This document shows positions 35,397-44,822 of a stretch of DNA of 64,000 nt, piece by piece. Below the pieces are notes generated by a model that saw only the letters and a list, made by a program, of their open reading frames with translations, made no database searches and was not told where the DNA came from. The position numbers and the translations under genes were made by a program. The stretch is from Patescibacteria group bacterium (lineage in GTDB: Bacteria; Patescibacteriota; Microgenomatia; UBA1400; Chisholmbacteraceae). Where the stretch lies: positions 6,808 to 70,807 of the forward strand of contig JADFLW010000005.1 in assembly GCA_022564195.1 (NCBI GenBank), written 5' to 3'. Each line of letters opens with the position of its first letter. Within the stretch, counting starts at the first letter, position 1.

Positions 35397-35515
35397 ACCC
35401 CGATTATACATAATCATCCAAACCAAACGGGACACATCTCTGCAACAAATGAAAAGCCCCGCAGGTGCGGGGCTTTTTCCCACGTTCTACACAAACGTTT
35501 TGAAAAGGGTGCCGA

Positions 35516-35713
35516 TTAGGACTTCTTCAATACCGGCATTCCCGTCCGCTTTGTCTCCATGACTTCGAACCCACTAGGAACGCTATCAAGCGAACCGCTG
35601 CGGACATCGCGGGCAAAGTAATAAATGGTCTGCCGACGACCATTCTTCAGGGTCACATCCTTACTATGAAGATAATATGTCTGACCCTTAGAATTCTTAA
35701 AGGTAAACGCCAC
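35516..35713 (-). CDS. conserved-looking small hypothetical protein (65 aa)
   Basis: MAFTFKNSKGQTYYLHSKDVTLKNGRRQTIYYFARDV... has a non-random composition. Family not recognised. Confidence 0.4.
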   Translation of the reverse strand: MAFTFKNSKGQTYYLHSKDVTLKNGRRQTIYYFARDVRSGSLDSVPSGFEVMETKRTGMPVLKKS

Positions 35714-36073
35714 TGCTCCTCACCGCCCTCCATGAGCAGGAGATAAGAAGTAATCTCTTCATATGCTCCAGAGAAGTATATCAGGGCACCAGAGAAAATT
35801 GCAAGAGGCAACTCTGGAAACGAAAAAAAATAAAAAAACGAACACCTCAGAAGATGCACGAGACCCCCCATGCAAGAACTGACTCGTGACAAACGGCATG
35901 AAACTGAAAAAGTTAGAAAAGGAAATCCGAGCCGGAACTAAAGCGTATTGGAAGATAAATGCATCAAGGTCAGGGGCGGTAAGCTCGAGCAAAATAACCA
36001 CCACATTGGTGATAATAAGCCCGTAAGTCACAGGGGGGGAACCGATGTGACGGCGCACTGTCTCGAAGAGGAA

Positions 36074-36268
36074 TCACGATCGAAACTCTGCCTCAAGAAG
36101 CAAATACACCGCCCACACCGCTAGAACAATACCAATCAACAACCATTGGGTGCTCGCAAGATAGATGTCCGTCCCCAAAGCCCCAAAAACGGAAAAAACG
36201 ACTGCCGCAAAAGACCCCGCCACCAAGACTTTTGAAACCATTGGCTTATCTTTGTCGCGCAGAAACAT
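36074..36268 (-). CDS. small two-TM membrane protein
   Basis: 64 aa with hydrophobic helices VLVAGSFAAVVFSVFGAL and LLIGIVLAVWAVYLLL. Confidence 0.35.
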   Translation of the reverse strand: MFLRDKDKPMVSKVLVAGSFAAVVFSVFGALGTDIYLASTQWLLIGIVLAVWAVYLLLEAEFRS

Positions 36269-36422
36269 AAACGTTCACCACCTTTCTTAACAGACACCTC
36301 CAATTCAATCACTCTCCCTCCCACCTGTCAATCGACCCAGGCTCCAAAGCCACGATTGAGCCCAATACCGAAAGGCGCTCCCTCGGAGCGCCTCACTACT
36401 CGTCAGTAGGACGATCGATAAA

Positions 36423-36947
36423 TCAAAATCTCCCTTCCAAAATGTGTGTCTCTGGTTTCCCGTCATCAATACGCTCCACAGTAACAACCACTTGCGAGTG
36501 GTCGCGGAGATCCTGATCGGATGAAAACTCCAAAAGGTACCCACCCTTCGATACACGAAGTTTCCCAGTACTAAGAACGGAAAAGTTCTCGTCCCCCTCC
36601 GAACCACGGACCAACCATCCTTCATAGAACGTCCCCGCTTGCAAATCTGGAAGAGCAGCCAAAATCGTGTGGGTGAAGCGTCCATCTTCATGCTTTCTCG
36701 TTGCCAGTCCACTGGCCTCTCCCCCACTCACGTCTCGTAGAGACGTACGTTCAACGTCTTCTGGGATAGTAACGCCCAGCTGAGAAGAGAGCTCGCTAAC
36801 CACATCTTCAATACGAACTCCCTCTCCTTCACCAACCTCACCTTCTTCCTTCTCTTCACCTGAACGAAGAAATAACACAAGCCCCACAATGACTAAAAGA
36901 ACAACGAATGCTCCAAATAAGCGCTGTCTCTGCATCAAACAGCTCAC
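36423..36947 (-). CDS. secreted or membrane-anchored hypothetical protein
   Basis: Signal/anchor LFGAFVVLLVIVGLVLFL followed by an acidic linker and a beta-rich C-terminal domain. No family. Confidence 0.5.
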   Translation of the reverse strand: MSCLMQRQRLFGAFVVLLVIVGLVLFLRSGEEKEEGEVGEGEGVRIEDVVSELSSQLGVTIPEDVERTSLRDVSGGEASGLATRKHEDGRFTHTILAALPDLQAGTFYEGWLVRGSEGDENFSVLSTGKLRVSKGGYLLEFSSDQDLRDHSQVVVTVERIDDGKPETHILEGRF

Positions 36948-37292
36948 CCCCCTCCAAAAGAAAATCCGCCGTCAAGGCAGGATCCTGGACAAGTATAGCA
37001 CAGGCTTCAAGAAAAAAACCAGCTCTCAACCAAAGAATACACCAACGCTCTCGAACCGACCGAATCAGCGATTTAATTAACTAAACTTCTCATTGATTCT
37101 CGTAAAGGGTTGACAAAGGAAACATCTACTGTTACGTTTAAGGCATCAATGTATCAGACTGCCAAGTCCTCCAAATCAACAGGAACTTCAATACAATCTT
37201 TCAAAACACCGATTCTTCTAAAGCCTCTCGATGCAACCTACATAAGAAAACTTTTCATATCCGCAGTAATCATCACCGCGTTGCTGCTCGCC

Positions 37293-37334
37293 AAAAAAGC
37301 CGGCGCATAAGCCCTTCTGAGTAACAAAAGGGCT
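37293..37334 (-). terminator. terminator-like hairpin 3' of the ferredoxin gene
   Basis: AGCCCTT-CTGAGTAACAA-AAGGGCT. On the minus strand GCGCCGGC then T6 follow. Confidence 0.4.
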
Positions 37335-37365
37335 CCGATTTCTCGGAACCCTATCTCCCAGATTC

Positions 37366-37396
37366 TAAACGCTAGCCGCTATACGCTAAACGCTAA
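37366..37396 (-). repeat. heptad tandem array TAAACGC-TAGCCGC-TATACGC-TAAACGC-TAA immediately 3' of the ferredoxin stop codon
   Basis: Four tandem TANNCGC units. Same orientation and periodicity as the arrays in the duplicated element. Abuts the minus-strand TGA at 37399-37401. Confidence 0.55.
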
Positions 37397-37398
37397 TT

Positions 37399-37668
37399 TC
37401 ACTTAGGCCAAATTTGCTCTCCCGTCTCATCATCAGTCACGATGATAGCCGCCGTCGGGCAGCTCTGTGCCGCCAAGAGCAAATCCTCATCGCTGTCCAG
37501 CTTCTGCGCAAGAACAATCGCCTTGTTCTCGTCATCGAGTTTAAACGTAAGAGGTGCAATCGCGACACAACTAGCAGCACCTATACATTTATCACGAATC
37601 ACCTTAACGGTATATCGCCCCTTTCCAGTATTTTGGCCCGCTCCCGTCTGCATTTGATCGTCTGCCAC
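37399..37668 (-). CDS. single-cluster [4Fe-4S]/[3Fe-4S] ferredoxin
   Basis: CIGAASC...CP and SCPTAAI Cys motifs. 89 aa. Confidence 0.8.
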   Translation of the reverse strand: MADDQMQTGAGQNTGKGRYTVKVIRDKCIGAASCVAIAPLTFKLDDENKAIVLAQKLDSDEDLLLAAQSCPTAAIIVTDDETGEQIWPK

Positions 37669-37738
37669 AGCACCTCCTTATAGCCACAAAACCAGTCTAA
37701 ACCATCTAAAGATAGGTTGTAAAGGATGAAAAATGACG

Positions 37739-38464
37739 TTAAAAAAACTTCTCCGTATGAATATGTTCACGCGAGACGTTCTTTTTCGTGAGAAACTTCG
37801 TCATATCATCAATCATCTGCCCATTCCCACAAAGGTACGCACCAACTTTTGAAAAATCCGTATGGTGCGCAGCCACACAATGCGAAACATACCCGCTGCA
37901 GAGCGGCCACTGTCGCGGCGGGCGGGAGAGTACCAAGTCAAAATGGAAATTGGGAAAAACTTGCGCCAACTGCCGAAAGTCCCCTTCCCAAAAAAGATCT
38001 TCCACATACCGCAAACCCCAATGAAGATGGATTTCTCGTTTGTCCCTCTTCGTCTGAAGAAGATCCAAGAGTTGACTTCGAATCGGCGAAATACCACTGC
38101 CGGTAGCAACAAATAAGAGCTTTTGTTCCTGACGACCAATGTCACTGGTAGGATCAGCGACCGCAAAATGTCCAGCAGGTCCCATGAACTCCACCTTATC
38201 TCCAGGCGCCAATGAGGCGAGAAACAACGACCCATCACCCCCTGGAGAAATATCCACAAGGGTCTCAACAGAATGGTTCTGAGCCGGAGGTGAAGAAATG
38301 GAGTAATTCCTGCGCTCCTCCATCCCCGGAACCTTCATGATGAGATACTGGCCGGCCTGAAACTCAATTCTCGGTGGATGAATGAGTTCAAAATCAACAT
38401 ACTGGAACTTGCTAGCCAGAAGCTGATGCTCCCGAACCTTCACTTGAAAAGTGTCCAAAGCCAT
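37739..38464 (-). CDS. FNR-like FAD/NAD(P)-binding oxidoreductase (ferredoxin reductase-type)
   Basis: RRNYSISS (RxYS FAD-binding) and LFVATGSGISP (NAD(P)-binding GxGxxP). Confidence 0.75.
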   Translation of the reverse strand: MALDTFQVKVREHQLLASKFQYVDFELIHPPRIEFQAGQYLIMKVPGMEERRNYSISSPPAQNHSVETLVDISPGGDGSLFLASLAPGDKVEFMGPAGHFAVADPTSDIGRQEQKLLFVATGSGISPIRSQLLDLLQTKRDKREIHLHWGLRYVEDLFWEGDFRQLAQVFPNFHFDLVLSRPPRQWPLCSGYVSHCVAAHHTDFSKVGAYLCGNGQMIDDMTKFLTKKNVSREHIHTEKFF

Positions 38465-38532
38465 AACGTACCTATTCTAAAGAAAACACTCCGAAATTCC
38501 AAGAAATAGAAACGGAAACCACAGGCCACAAG

Positions 38533-39150
38533 CTATTGACCATCAGCCAACTCCACAGGCCCTTCTCGTAAAATCTTAAACGGCTCCTTGGTGGTGTCAA
38601 CGACCGTCGAAGGCATAAACTTCCCAGCTTCAGAAGGGGAAGCTCCAGCACCCCCCACCGAAGGCCTGATAACGTAGTCCACAACATCTAAGAGTCTTCG
38701 ATCAATCATCTCAAACCGCCGTGGAGCACCAGCGCCCGCATAGTTTGCCGATCCCGCCACAATGCCCGCACCCAATCTATTCAAAATTGCCAAGGTGAGT
38801 TCATGATCGGGAGCACGCAGCCCAACGGTATTCCTACCACCACGCACAATCTCCGGAACCATGCCCTTGAGCGCCCGAACAACAATTGTTAGCCCACCAG
38901 GCCAATGTTGCTTAGCAAGTACCGCTGCTGCTCGAGTAAATTTTCCAAGCTCCGCAGCCATCGCTAAGCCACTGACTAACACCGCTGTGGGCTTGTCAAG
39001 ACGGCGGCCCTTGATTGCATACAACCGGGAAAGCCCATCCAAGCGGGTAACCACGGCGCCAACGCCCCATACCGTGTCCGTCGGAAAGAGAACAACTCCT
39101 CCTTCACGAAGTGCCCCTACTGCTTCTTTAACTGCTTGTGATTCAACCAT
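38533..39150 (-). CDS. tsaC: L-threonylcarbamoyladenylate synthase (TsaC/YrdC/Sua5 family)
   Basis: GGVVLFPTDTVWGVGA and the YrdC fold motifs. The ORF is open to 39213 but would overlap sufU. Confidence 0.8.
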   Translation of the reverse strand: MVESQAVKEAVGALREGGVVLFPTDTVWGVGAVVTRLDGLSRLYAIKGRRLDKPTAVLVSGLAMAAELGKFTRAAAVLAKQHWPGGLTIVVRALKGMVPEIVRGGRNTVGLRAPDHELTLAILNRLGAGIVAGSANYAGAGAPRRFEMIDRRLLDVVDYVIRPSVGGAGASPSEAGKFMPSTVVDTTKEPFKILREGPVELADGQ

Positions 39151-39155
39151 AAACA

Positions 39156-39524
39156 CTACTTCGCTACCTCGCCCAAAGCGCGCTTCAGCGCCCGCAACGG
39201 CAACATAACACATTTCATCCGCATCGAAGAAACGTCAACGCCCAGCAAATCGAGCATGAACCCTTCATCCAATCGCAACGCCTCTTCCACCCTCTTATCC
39301 TTTAGCTCCACGGTAAGCATGCTGGTCGCCGCAATGGAAAGCGCGCATCCCACACCTTTGAAGCGAACCTCAGCAATGGTTAAATCTCTCAACCTGAGCT
39401 GCAGCTCAATAAGATCGCCACAACTCGCATTGGCCTCACGAGCCTTGGTGCTCACAACTGCTAGCTCTCCAAAATTTTGCGGATGCTTGTAGTGCTCCAA
39501 AATCTCTTCCCTATAAAGATCCAT
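39156..39524 (-). CDS. sufU: SufU/IscU-like Fe-S cluster scaffold / sulfur-transfer protein
   Basis: NASCGDLIEL, GVGCALS and a C-terminal Cys are the three conserved Cys of NifU-N-like scaffolds. Confidence 0.8.
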   Translation of the reverse strand: MDLYREEILEHYKHPQNFGELAVVSTKAREANASCGDLIELQLRLRDLTIAEVRFKGVGCALSIAATSMLTVELKDKRVEEALRLDEGFMLDLLGVDVSSMRMKCVMLPLRALKRALGEVAK

Positions 39525-39529
39525 AGAAA

Positions 39530-40831
39530 CTAACGAAAAACCTTCCGTACCTTTTTAACTCCCTCAACCAATGCATCAATTTCCTCCTCAGTGTTATAAA
39601 GATAGAAGCTGGCTCTCACCGTTGCCGCCGTTCCAAGTCTTTTTGTAAGCGGCATCGCACAATGATGGCCGCTGCGAACCGCAATCCCAAACGAGTCCAA
39701 AACTTGCGCTGCATCATGCGCATGAACTCCAACAACGTTGAAGGTAACAATGCCCACTCGTTCCTCCACATTTCGCAGACCATAAAATTCAATGATCCCC
39801 TCCTCCTCAAGCTCCTCAATCAAAGGCATGGCGTAAGAGGTAAGCTGCTTCTCATGATCACGAATCGTTGCCATGCCAATTGAGCGAAGGTAATCGACAG
39901 CCGCACCCATCCCGATCATTCCGGCCATATTCGGCGTACCGGCCTCAAACTTCCACGGCAACCTATTCCATACCGTTTCCGAAAGCTCAACCTCCGAAAT
40001 CATATCTCCACCAAAAAGAAATGGCGGCATGCGTTCCAACAGATCTCTCCTGCCCCACAAGATCCCAATCCCTGAAGGGCCCAACATCTTATGTCCTGAG
40101 AAAACAAGAAAATCGGCTCCAAGGTTCGCGACATCAACTGGCATATGCGGCACCGACTGCGAACCATCAACCAAAATGATCGCGTTTGGAGCTCTTTTAC
40201 GTACGAGAGAGACAATTTCATGGGTAGGCGAAATCGTCCCCAACACATTGGAAACCTGCGTCACTGCCACAAGCTTCACCCGCTTATCCAAAAGCGCCTC
40301 AAGCGATCCAACCACTACCTCCTTTTCCTTCTTCGCTCCACGATCCACCAGGCTACCAGCCTCAGACAGAACTAGCCTCCCCTCACGAGAGACATCCACA
40401 ACTTTCAAGGAAGCTCTCTTTTTCTTGGCAAGCTGCTGCCAGCCAACCAGGTTGGAGTGATGCTCCAAAAAGGTGATTACCACCCCATCACCACGACGAA
40501 TGTGCTCTTCACCCCATGAGTAAAGAACCAAATTCACCGCCTCTGTCGCATTGCGAACGAAAATGATTTCCTCCTGATTGGAAGCCCCAATGAACGCAGC
40601 AACTTTGCCCCGAGCTTCTTCAACCATATCCGTCGCCTCCGCAGCAAGCGTATGGACCCCACGGTGAACATTGGAGTTATGCCGCTCGTAATAGTCGACA
40701 ATCGCAGAAATAACCTGTTGCGGTTTCTGCGTGGTCGCAGCATTATCCAAATAGACCAACGGCTTTCCATGTATTGCTCTTGACAAAATTGGAAAATCCT
40801 TTCGGATTTTCCCAACATCGAGTTTCTTCAT
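39530..40831 (-). CDS. sufS: cysteine desulfurase SufS (class V aminotransferase)
   Basis: PLP-Lys region SGHKMLGPSGIGILWG. HHSNLV. C-terminal catalytic Cys region HHCAMPL. Confidence 0.9.
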   Translation of the reverse strand: MKKLDVGKIRKDFPILSRAIHGKPLVYLDNAATTQKPQQVISAIVDYYERHNSNVHRGVHTLAAEATDMVEEARGKVAAFIGASNQEEIIFVRNATEAVNLVLYSWGEEHIRRGDGVVITFLEHHSNLVGWQQLAKKKRASLKVVDVSREGRLVLSEAGSLVDRGAKKEKEVVVGSLEALLDKRVKLVAVTQVSNVLGTISPTHEIVSLVRKRAPNAIILVDGSQSVPHMPVDVANLGADFLVFSGHKMLGPSGIGILWGRRDLLERMPPFLFGGDMISEVELSETVWNRLPWKFEAGTPNMAGMIGMGAAVDYLRSIGMATIRDHEKQLTSYAMPLIEELEEEGIIEFYGLRNVEERVGIVTFNVVGVHAHDAAQVLDSFGIAVRSGHHCAMPLTKRLGTAATVRASFYLYNTEEEIDALVEGVKKVRKVFR

Positions 40832-40837
40832 AGTCTA

Positions 40838-41377
40838 CTAGGGGCGGATTCGCGCACGAACTGCGTCCAAAAACCCATCGACAATCATCTCTTCAGCAAC
40901 AGCCCGCGAAAGCCCCCGACTCATCAAATAGAAAATCTGTTCCTCGTCAATTTTTCCGACGGTCGCGGCGTGTGAGGCCCGCACATCATCCGCCTCAATC
41001 TCAAGATTCGGGATTGCATCTGCACGAGCCGCATCTGAGAGAAGAAGGATATTCTCAGCTAAAAACGTATTAGTCTTCTGCGCCCTCTTGAGTATTCTAA
41101 TCATGCCGGACAAAACCACCTTCGCTCGATCCCTGGCAACCGCTCGCACGAGCGTATTGGCAGTTGTATCCGGAGCCTTATGGACTATAGTGATCTCGAC
41201 ATTGACCACATCATCCCCACGAGCAACCAAGGCCCCAAGAATCTCCGCTCGTGCTCCTGGACCAACAAGCTCAACCAGGTATTCACCCGAACCGTCAATT
41301 ACGATTTGCTTCTCCTCATCTCTCCGAATGGTATACTTCTGCTTCTTCATAAGTATCACGAGCGGGGAGGTCAACAA
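40838..41377 (-). CDS. sufD: short SufD-like Fe-S assembly protein (about 179 aa, beta-helix core only)
   Basis: C-terminal GKIDEEQIFYLMSRGLSRAVAEEMIVDGF parallels the SufB C-terminus. Much shorter than a typical SufD. Confidence 0.55.
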   Translation of the reverse strand: MLTSPLVILMKKQKYTIRRDEEKQIVIDGSGEYLVELVGPGARAEILGALVARGDDVVNVEITIVHKAPDTTANTLVRAVARDRAKVVLSGMIRILKRAQKTNTFLAENILLLSDAARADAIPNLEIEADDVRASHAATVGKIDEEQIFYLMSRGLSRAVAEEMIVDGFLDAVRARIRP

Positions 41378-41498
41378 ATTTGCGCAAGGAGCCCAGACCA
41401 GGCTGCCAGCCTGGCAAGCCCTACAAGTACTGCAGGCTCCCCGATGACAATCGTTGGCGACTGAGCAAATTTCGGTTGACCAACCTCAGCTCGCCCCC

Positions 41499-42929
41499 TC
41501 ACCCAACACTCCCCTCCATCTCCAGATCAATCAGTCGGTTCATTTCCACCGCATACTCCAAAGGCAGCTTCTTAATAAGCGGCTCAACAAATCCGGAAAC
41601 AATCATCTTGCTCGCCTCCTCCTCATTCAAACCCCGACTCATAAGGTAGAACAGTTGTTCCTCGCCGATTTTTGAAACCGTCGCCTCATGCTCAAACACC
41701 ACATCACTGCATAAAATCCGATTCGTCGGATAGGTATCGCTCCGGCTCTCGGGGTCCAAAAGCAACGCGTCACAAACGACTTTACTTTTCGCTCCACGGG
41801 CGTTGGGTCCAATCGATACCAAGCCACGATAACTGGTCCGTCCTCCGTCGTGACTTATGGATTTGCTAATAATCGTACTCGTGGTATGTGGCGCTAAATG
41901 TATCGCCTTGCTTCCCGTATCCTGATGCTGTCCTGATCCCGCCATCGCCATCGACAGCGTCTCCCCGCGCGCACCTCGACCAGCCAGGATAAACGACGGA
42001 TACTTCATGGTAAGCCTGCTTCCCATGTTGAAGTCGGTCCAAATCATCTCTCCCTCCTCATCTACCCAAGTCCGTTTCGTCACCAAGTTATAGACGGTCT
42101 TGTACCAGTTCTGCACCGTGGTGTACTGCACCCGAGCCCCTTTCTTGACAAAGATTTCTACCACGGCTACGTGCAGCGAATTACTCGAATACGCGGGAGC
42201 GGTACAACCCTCCACGTAGTGCATGCTACTGCCCTCATCAGCAATAATCAAAGTCCGCTCAAACTGACCCGCGTTCGGAGCGTTAATCCGAAAATACGCC
42301 TGAAGCGGCAATTTCACCTCCACCCCAGGAGGAATATACACAAAGCTCCCTCCACTCCACACCGCGCTGTTTAACGCCGCAAACTTATTATCTCCAGGAG
42401 GGATCAGTTTCCCAAAATATTCTCGGACTAAATCAGGATATTCCTGCAATCCCTCATCCATTCCCAAAAACACCACTCCCTGTTTCTTAAACACCTCCTT
42501 CAGCGACCCATAGACGATTTCTGAATCGTACTGGGCCTTAACTCCAGCCAATGACTTCCGCTCGGCCTCCGGAATCCCCAACCGATCAAAGGTGTCTTTG
42601 ATGTCAGCGGGCACATCCTCCCAACGCCTCTCCTGCTTCTCGGTCGGCCGTAAGTAATAGTAAATGCTATCGAAGTCAATCTCACCCAAATTCCCGCCCC
42701 AGGTGGGTGTCGGCTTGCTCTCAAAAATTGCCAGTGCTTTGAGACGAAACTCACGCATCCACGTCGGCTCAGATTTATAACCTGAGATTTGCTCCACCAC
42801 CCGCGCCGATAGTCCCGGACGGCTCTTAAACACATAGTCACGAGTGGGCTTGGCAAAACCATATTTATACGTATCGCCGATCTGTTTCGGATCAGGCTTC
42901 GAAATCTTAATCGGGGCAAATCTACTCAT
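41499..42929 (-). CDS. sufB: Fe-S cluster assembly protein SufB
   Basis: FEHEATVSKIGEEQLFYLMSRGLNEEEASKMIVSGF and a full-length (476 aa) beta-helix. Confidence 0.9.
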   Translation of the reverse strand: MSRFAPIKISKPDPKQIGDTYKYGFAKPTRDYVFKSRPGLSARVVEQISGYKSEPTWMREFRLKALAIFESKPTPTWGGNLGEIDFDSIYYYLRPTEKQERRWEDVPADIKDTFDRLGIPEAERKSLAGVKAQYDSEIVYGSLKEVFKKQGVVFLGMDEGLQEYPDLVREYFGKLIPPGDNKFAALNSAVWSGGSFVYIPPGVEVKLPLQAYFRINAPNAGQFERTLIIADEGSSMHYVEGCTAPAYSSNSLHVAVVEIFVKKGARVQYTTVQNWYKTVYNLVTKRTWVDEEGEMIWTDFNMGSRLTMKYPSFILAGRGARGETLSMAMAGSGQHQDTGSKAIHLAPHTTSTIISKSISHDGGRTSYRGLVSIGPNARGAKSKVVCDALLLDPESRSDTYPTNRILCSDVVFEHEATVSKIGEEQLFYLMSRGLNEEEASKMIVSGFVEPLIKKLPLEYAVEMNRLIDLEMEGSVG

Positions 42930-43743
42930 AGCCTCTATATCCTTTCTTCTCGAGCTCCCGAGCTAACTCTCTTCCTCCGCTCCTGACAATCCTCCCCTTG
43001 ATCATCACGTGTACAAAGTCTGGTTTAATAAATCGAAGTATACGCTGATAATGGGTGATGAGTATGACGCCCATGTTTTTGTGTTCACGAACCACTTCAT
43101 TCACCCCGGAGGCAACGATCTTCAACGCATCAATGTCCAGCCCGCTATCCGTCTCGTCCAAAATCGCATACTTCGGCCTCAGCGTTGCCATTTGCAGAAT
43201 CTCCATGCGTTTCTTTTCTCCTCCACTGAACCCCTCATTGAGCGACCGCTTCAAAAGCTCCGCGGCCACCCCAAGCTTGTCAGCTTCCTGAATAAGCTTC
43301 TTACGAAACTCCAAAACACTGAGCCCCTGCGAAGCTTTACGCAAAGTGGGGCTCATCTCGGTTTTTTTTACCCCGTTATTCCCTCCTCGGCGGGATTTTA
43401 CGGGACCGTTCAAAGCCTCGGAGGCCTTACGAAGAAAGTTCTGCACACTCACTCCTTCGACAACAACCGGATATTGAAACGCTAAAAACAACCCCGCCTT
43501 CGCCCGCTGATCCGGCGTCTTATCAAGCAAGCTTTTCCCATCCAACTTCACCTCAAGCTTCTTACGTTGTTTGTTGGCTACTTTGTAGCCAGGGTGCCCC
43601 ATCAGCGCATAGGCAAGGGTCGATTTCCCGCTCCCATTCGGACCCATGATCGCATGCACCTCTCCTGGCCGCACCACAAGATCAACCCCCTTCAAAATGG
43701 CCTTTCCCGCGACAGTGACATGAAGATTCTTGATAGTTAACAT
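42922..43743 (-). CDS. sufC: Fe-S cluster assembly ATPase SufC
   Basis: Walker A GPNGSGKST, ABC signature FSGGEKKR, Walker B ILDETDSGLD. Confidence 0.9.
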   Translation of the reverse strand: MLTIKNLHVTVAGKAILKGVDLVVRPGEVHAIMGPNGSGKSTLAYALMGHPGYKVANKQRKKLEVKLDGKSLLDKTPDQRAKAGLFLAFQYPVVVEGVSVQNFLRKASEALNGPVKSRRGGNNGVKKTEMSPTLRKASQGLSVLEFRKKLIQEADKLGVAAELLKRSLNEGFSGGEKKRMEILQMATLRPKYAILDETDSGLDIDALKIVASGVNEVVREHKNMGVILITHYQRILRFIKPDFVHVMIKGRIVRSGGRELARELEKKGYRGYE

Positions 43744-43750
43744 ATTGTTT

Positions 43751-43806
43751 CTACGCCCTAAACCCTAGACGCTTGTCCTGAGCGAAGTCGAAGGGCTAGA
43801 CGCTAA
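43751..43806 (-). repeat. heptad array (CTACGCC-CTAAACC-CTAGACGC...CTAGACGC-TAAATTC) split by a 23-nt GC-rich insert, between the exonuclease stop and the sufC start
   Basis: TAGACGC units flank the insert TTGTCCTGAGCGAAGTCGAAGGG. The array abuts the minus-strand TGA at 43809-43811. The sufC ATG is 8 nt beyond it. Confidence 0.5.
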
Positions 43807-43808
43807 AT

Positions 43809-44402
43809 TCATACCCCTAATGACATTTGTACTCTAGCCTCATCATCTTTATAGGAAAAATCAACGGGAACCGTAATCACCCGATTCCACTTATTGATAA
43901 ATTTCAAATGCTTGTGCTTCTTACCATAATCATATACATCACGGGTAATCCGAACATCATCAAGGCAGTATTGTGCCAGCTCATCAAGTTTTCCTTGTTC
44001 ATAGTAGGTGAGCGCATCAAGACCAGAACCGGACTTCTGTGTTCCGAGCGTCTCTTTCGCAATCGCATCCAAGCTCACCCGATGTCCTGTATTCCCCTTC
44101 ACTTCTTCCAAAATGTCCAAAACCGGAAATGAGGAAAGATCACCTTGGTAGTAGGCAGAAAGCACTGGAAAATCAAATCCAATAATGTTGAATCCGACAA
44201 TCCGATCCGCCTGCTCCAAAATCGGCCAAAGATCAGCAAGCTCGTCCTCAAAAAACCCCAAGAACTCGCCCCTTTCGCGATTGCTGTCAGAAACATTTCT
44301 CCGACAAATCCCAACGAAGCTTACGCCCAATTTCCCGGGATCGTACACGCCCGTCTCGGCAAACGCCTTTTTTGTCTCAACATCCAGAATAACTTCTCGC
44401 AT
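43809..44402 (-). CDS. DEDD-family 3'-5' exonuclease (DnaQ/RNase T-like)
   Basis: Exo I ILDVETKK, Exo II IVGFNIIGFDFPVL, Exo III YCLDDVRITRDVY. Confidence 0.75.
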   Translation of the reverse strand: MREVILDVETKKAFAETGVYDPGKLGVSFVGICRRNVSDSNRERGEFLGFFEDELADLWPILEQADRIVGFNIIGFDFPVLSAYYQGDLSSFPVLDILEEVKGNTGHRVSLDAIAKETLGTQKSGSGLDALTYYEQGKLDELAQYCLDDVRITRDVYDYGKKHKHLKFINKWNRVITVPVDFSYKDDEARVQMSLGV

Positions 44403-44411
44403 GCCTCCCCC

Positions 44412-44816
44412 TCACTCCTGGCTGCTTGAAATAAGATCAGCAAGCGTAAACTGCTTCACCGTTTCCACAAGAGGAACCGCCATCTTCTCTATCAAATCCT
44501 TCTCGCAGTACGGTTCGCACGTACACTCTTCGCGCGGGCAAGCAACGGGAGCCACAGGCCCTTCCAAAGCCTCAAGCACATCTCCGACACTGATCGCCGA
44601 AGGATCGCGTGTCAAAAAATAGCCTCCACCAGCGCCTTCTTTGCTTCCTAAAATCCCTGTCTCGACTAGCTGCGGAGCAATTTGTGAAAGATACTTATAG
44701 GGCATCTTCTGGGTTTCGGCGATCGCCTTCAGTGAGACGACTGTTCCAACACCCTCCTGGGAAAGGGCGGCAAGAAGTAACAATCCGTAATCTGCTTTCT
44801 TCGAAATTCTGAGCAT
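44412..44816 (-). CDS. Rrf2-family transcriptional regulator (IscR-like) with a Cys cluster
   Basis: N-terminal wHTH KADYGLLLLAALS...LKAIAE and a Cys cluster CPREECTCEPYC. Confidence 0.8.
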   Translation of the reverse strand: MLRISKKADYGLLLLAALSQEGVGTVVSLKAIAETQKMPYKYLSQIAPQLVETGILGSKEGAGGGYFLTRDPSAISVGDVLEALEGPVAPVACPREECTCEPYCEKDLIEKMAVPLVETVKQFTLADLISSSQE

Positions 44817-44822
44817 GAGTAA

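Noticed and set aside
37110-37310. 66-aa plus-strand ORF (MTKETSTVTFKAS...) with a TTGACA-N17-TACGTT promoter-like sequence just upstream.
   Set aside because: It has low-complexity S/T/K-rich composition and lies in the 3' region of the ferredoxin operon, on the opposite strand to every neighbouring gene. It could still be a small protein or an antisense RNA, but the evidence is insufficient.
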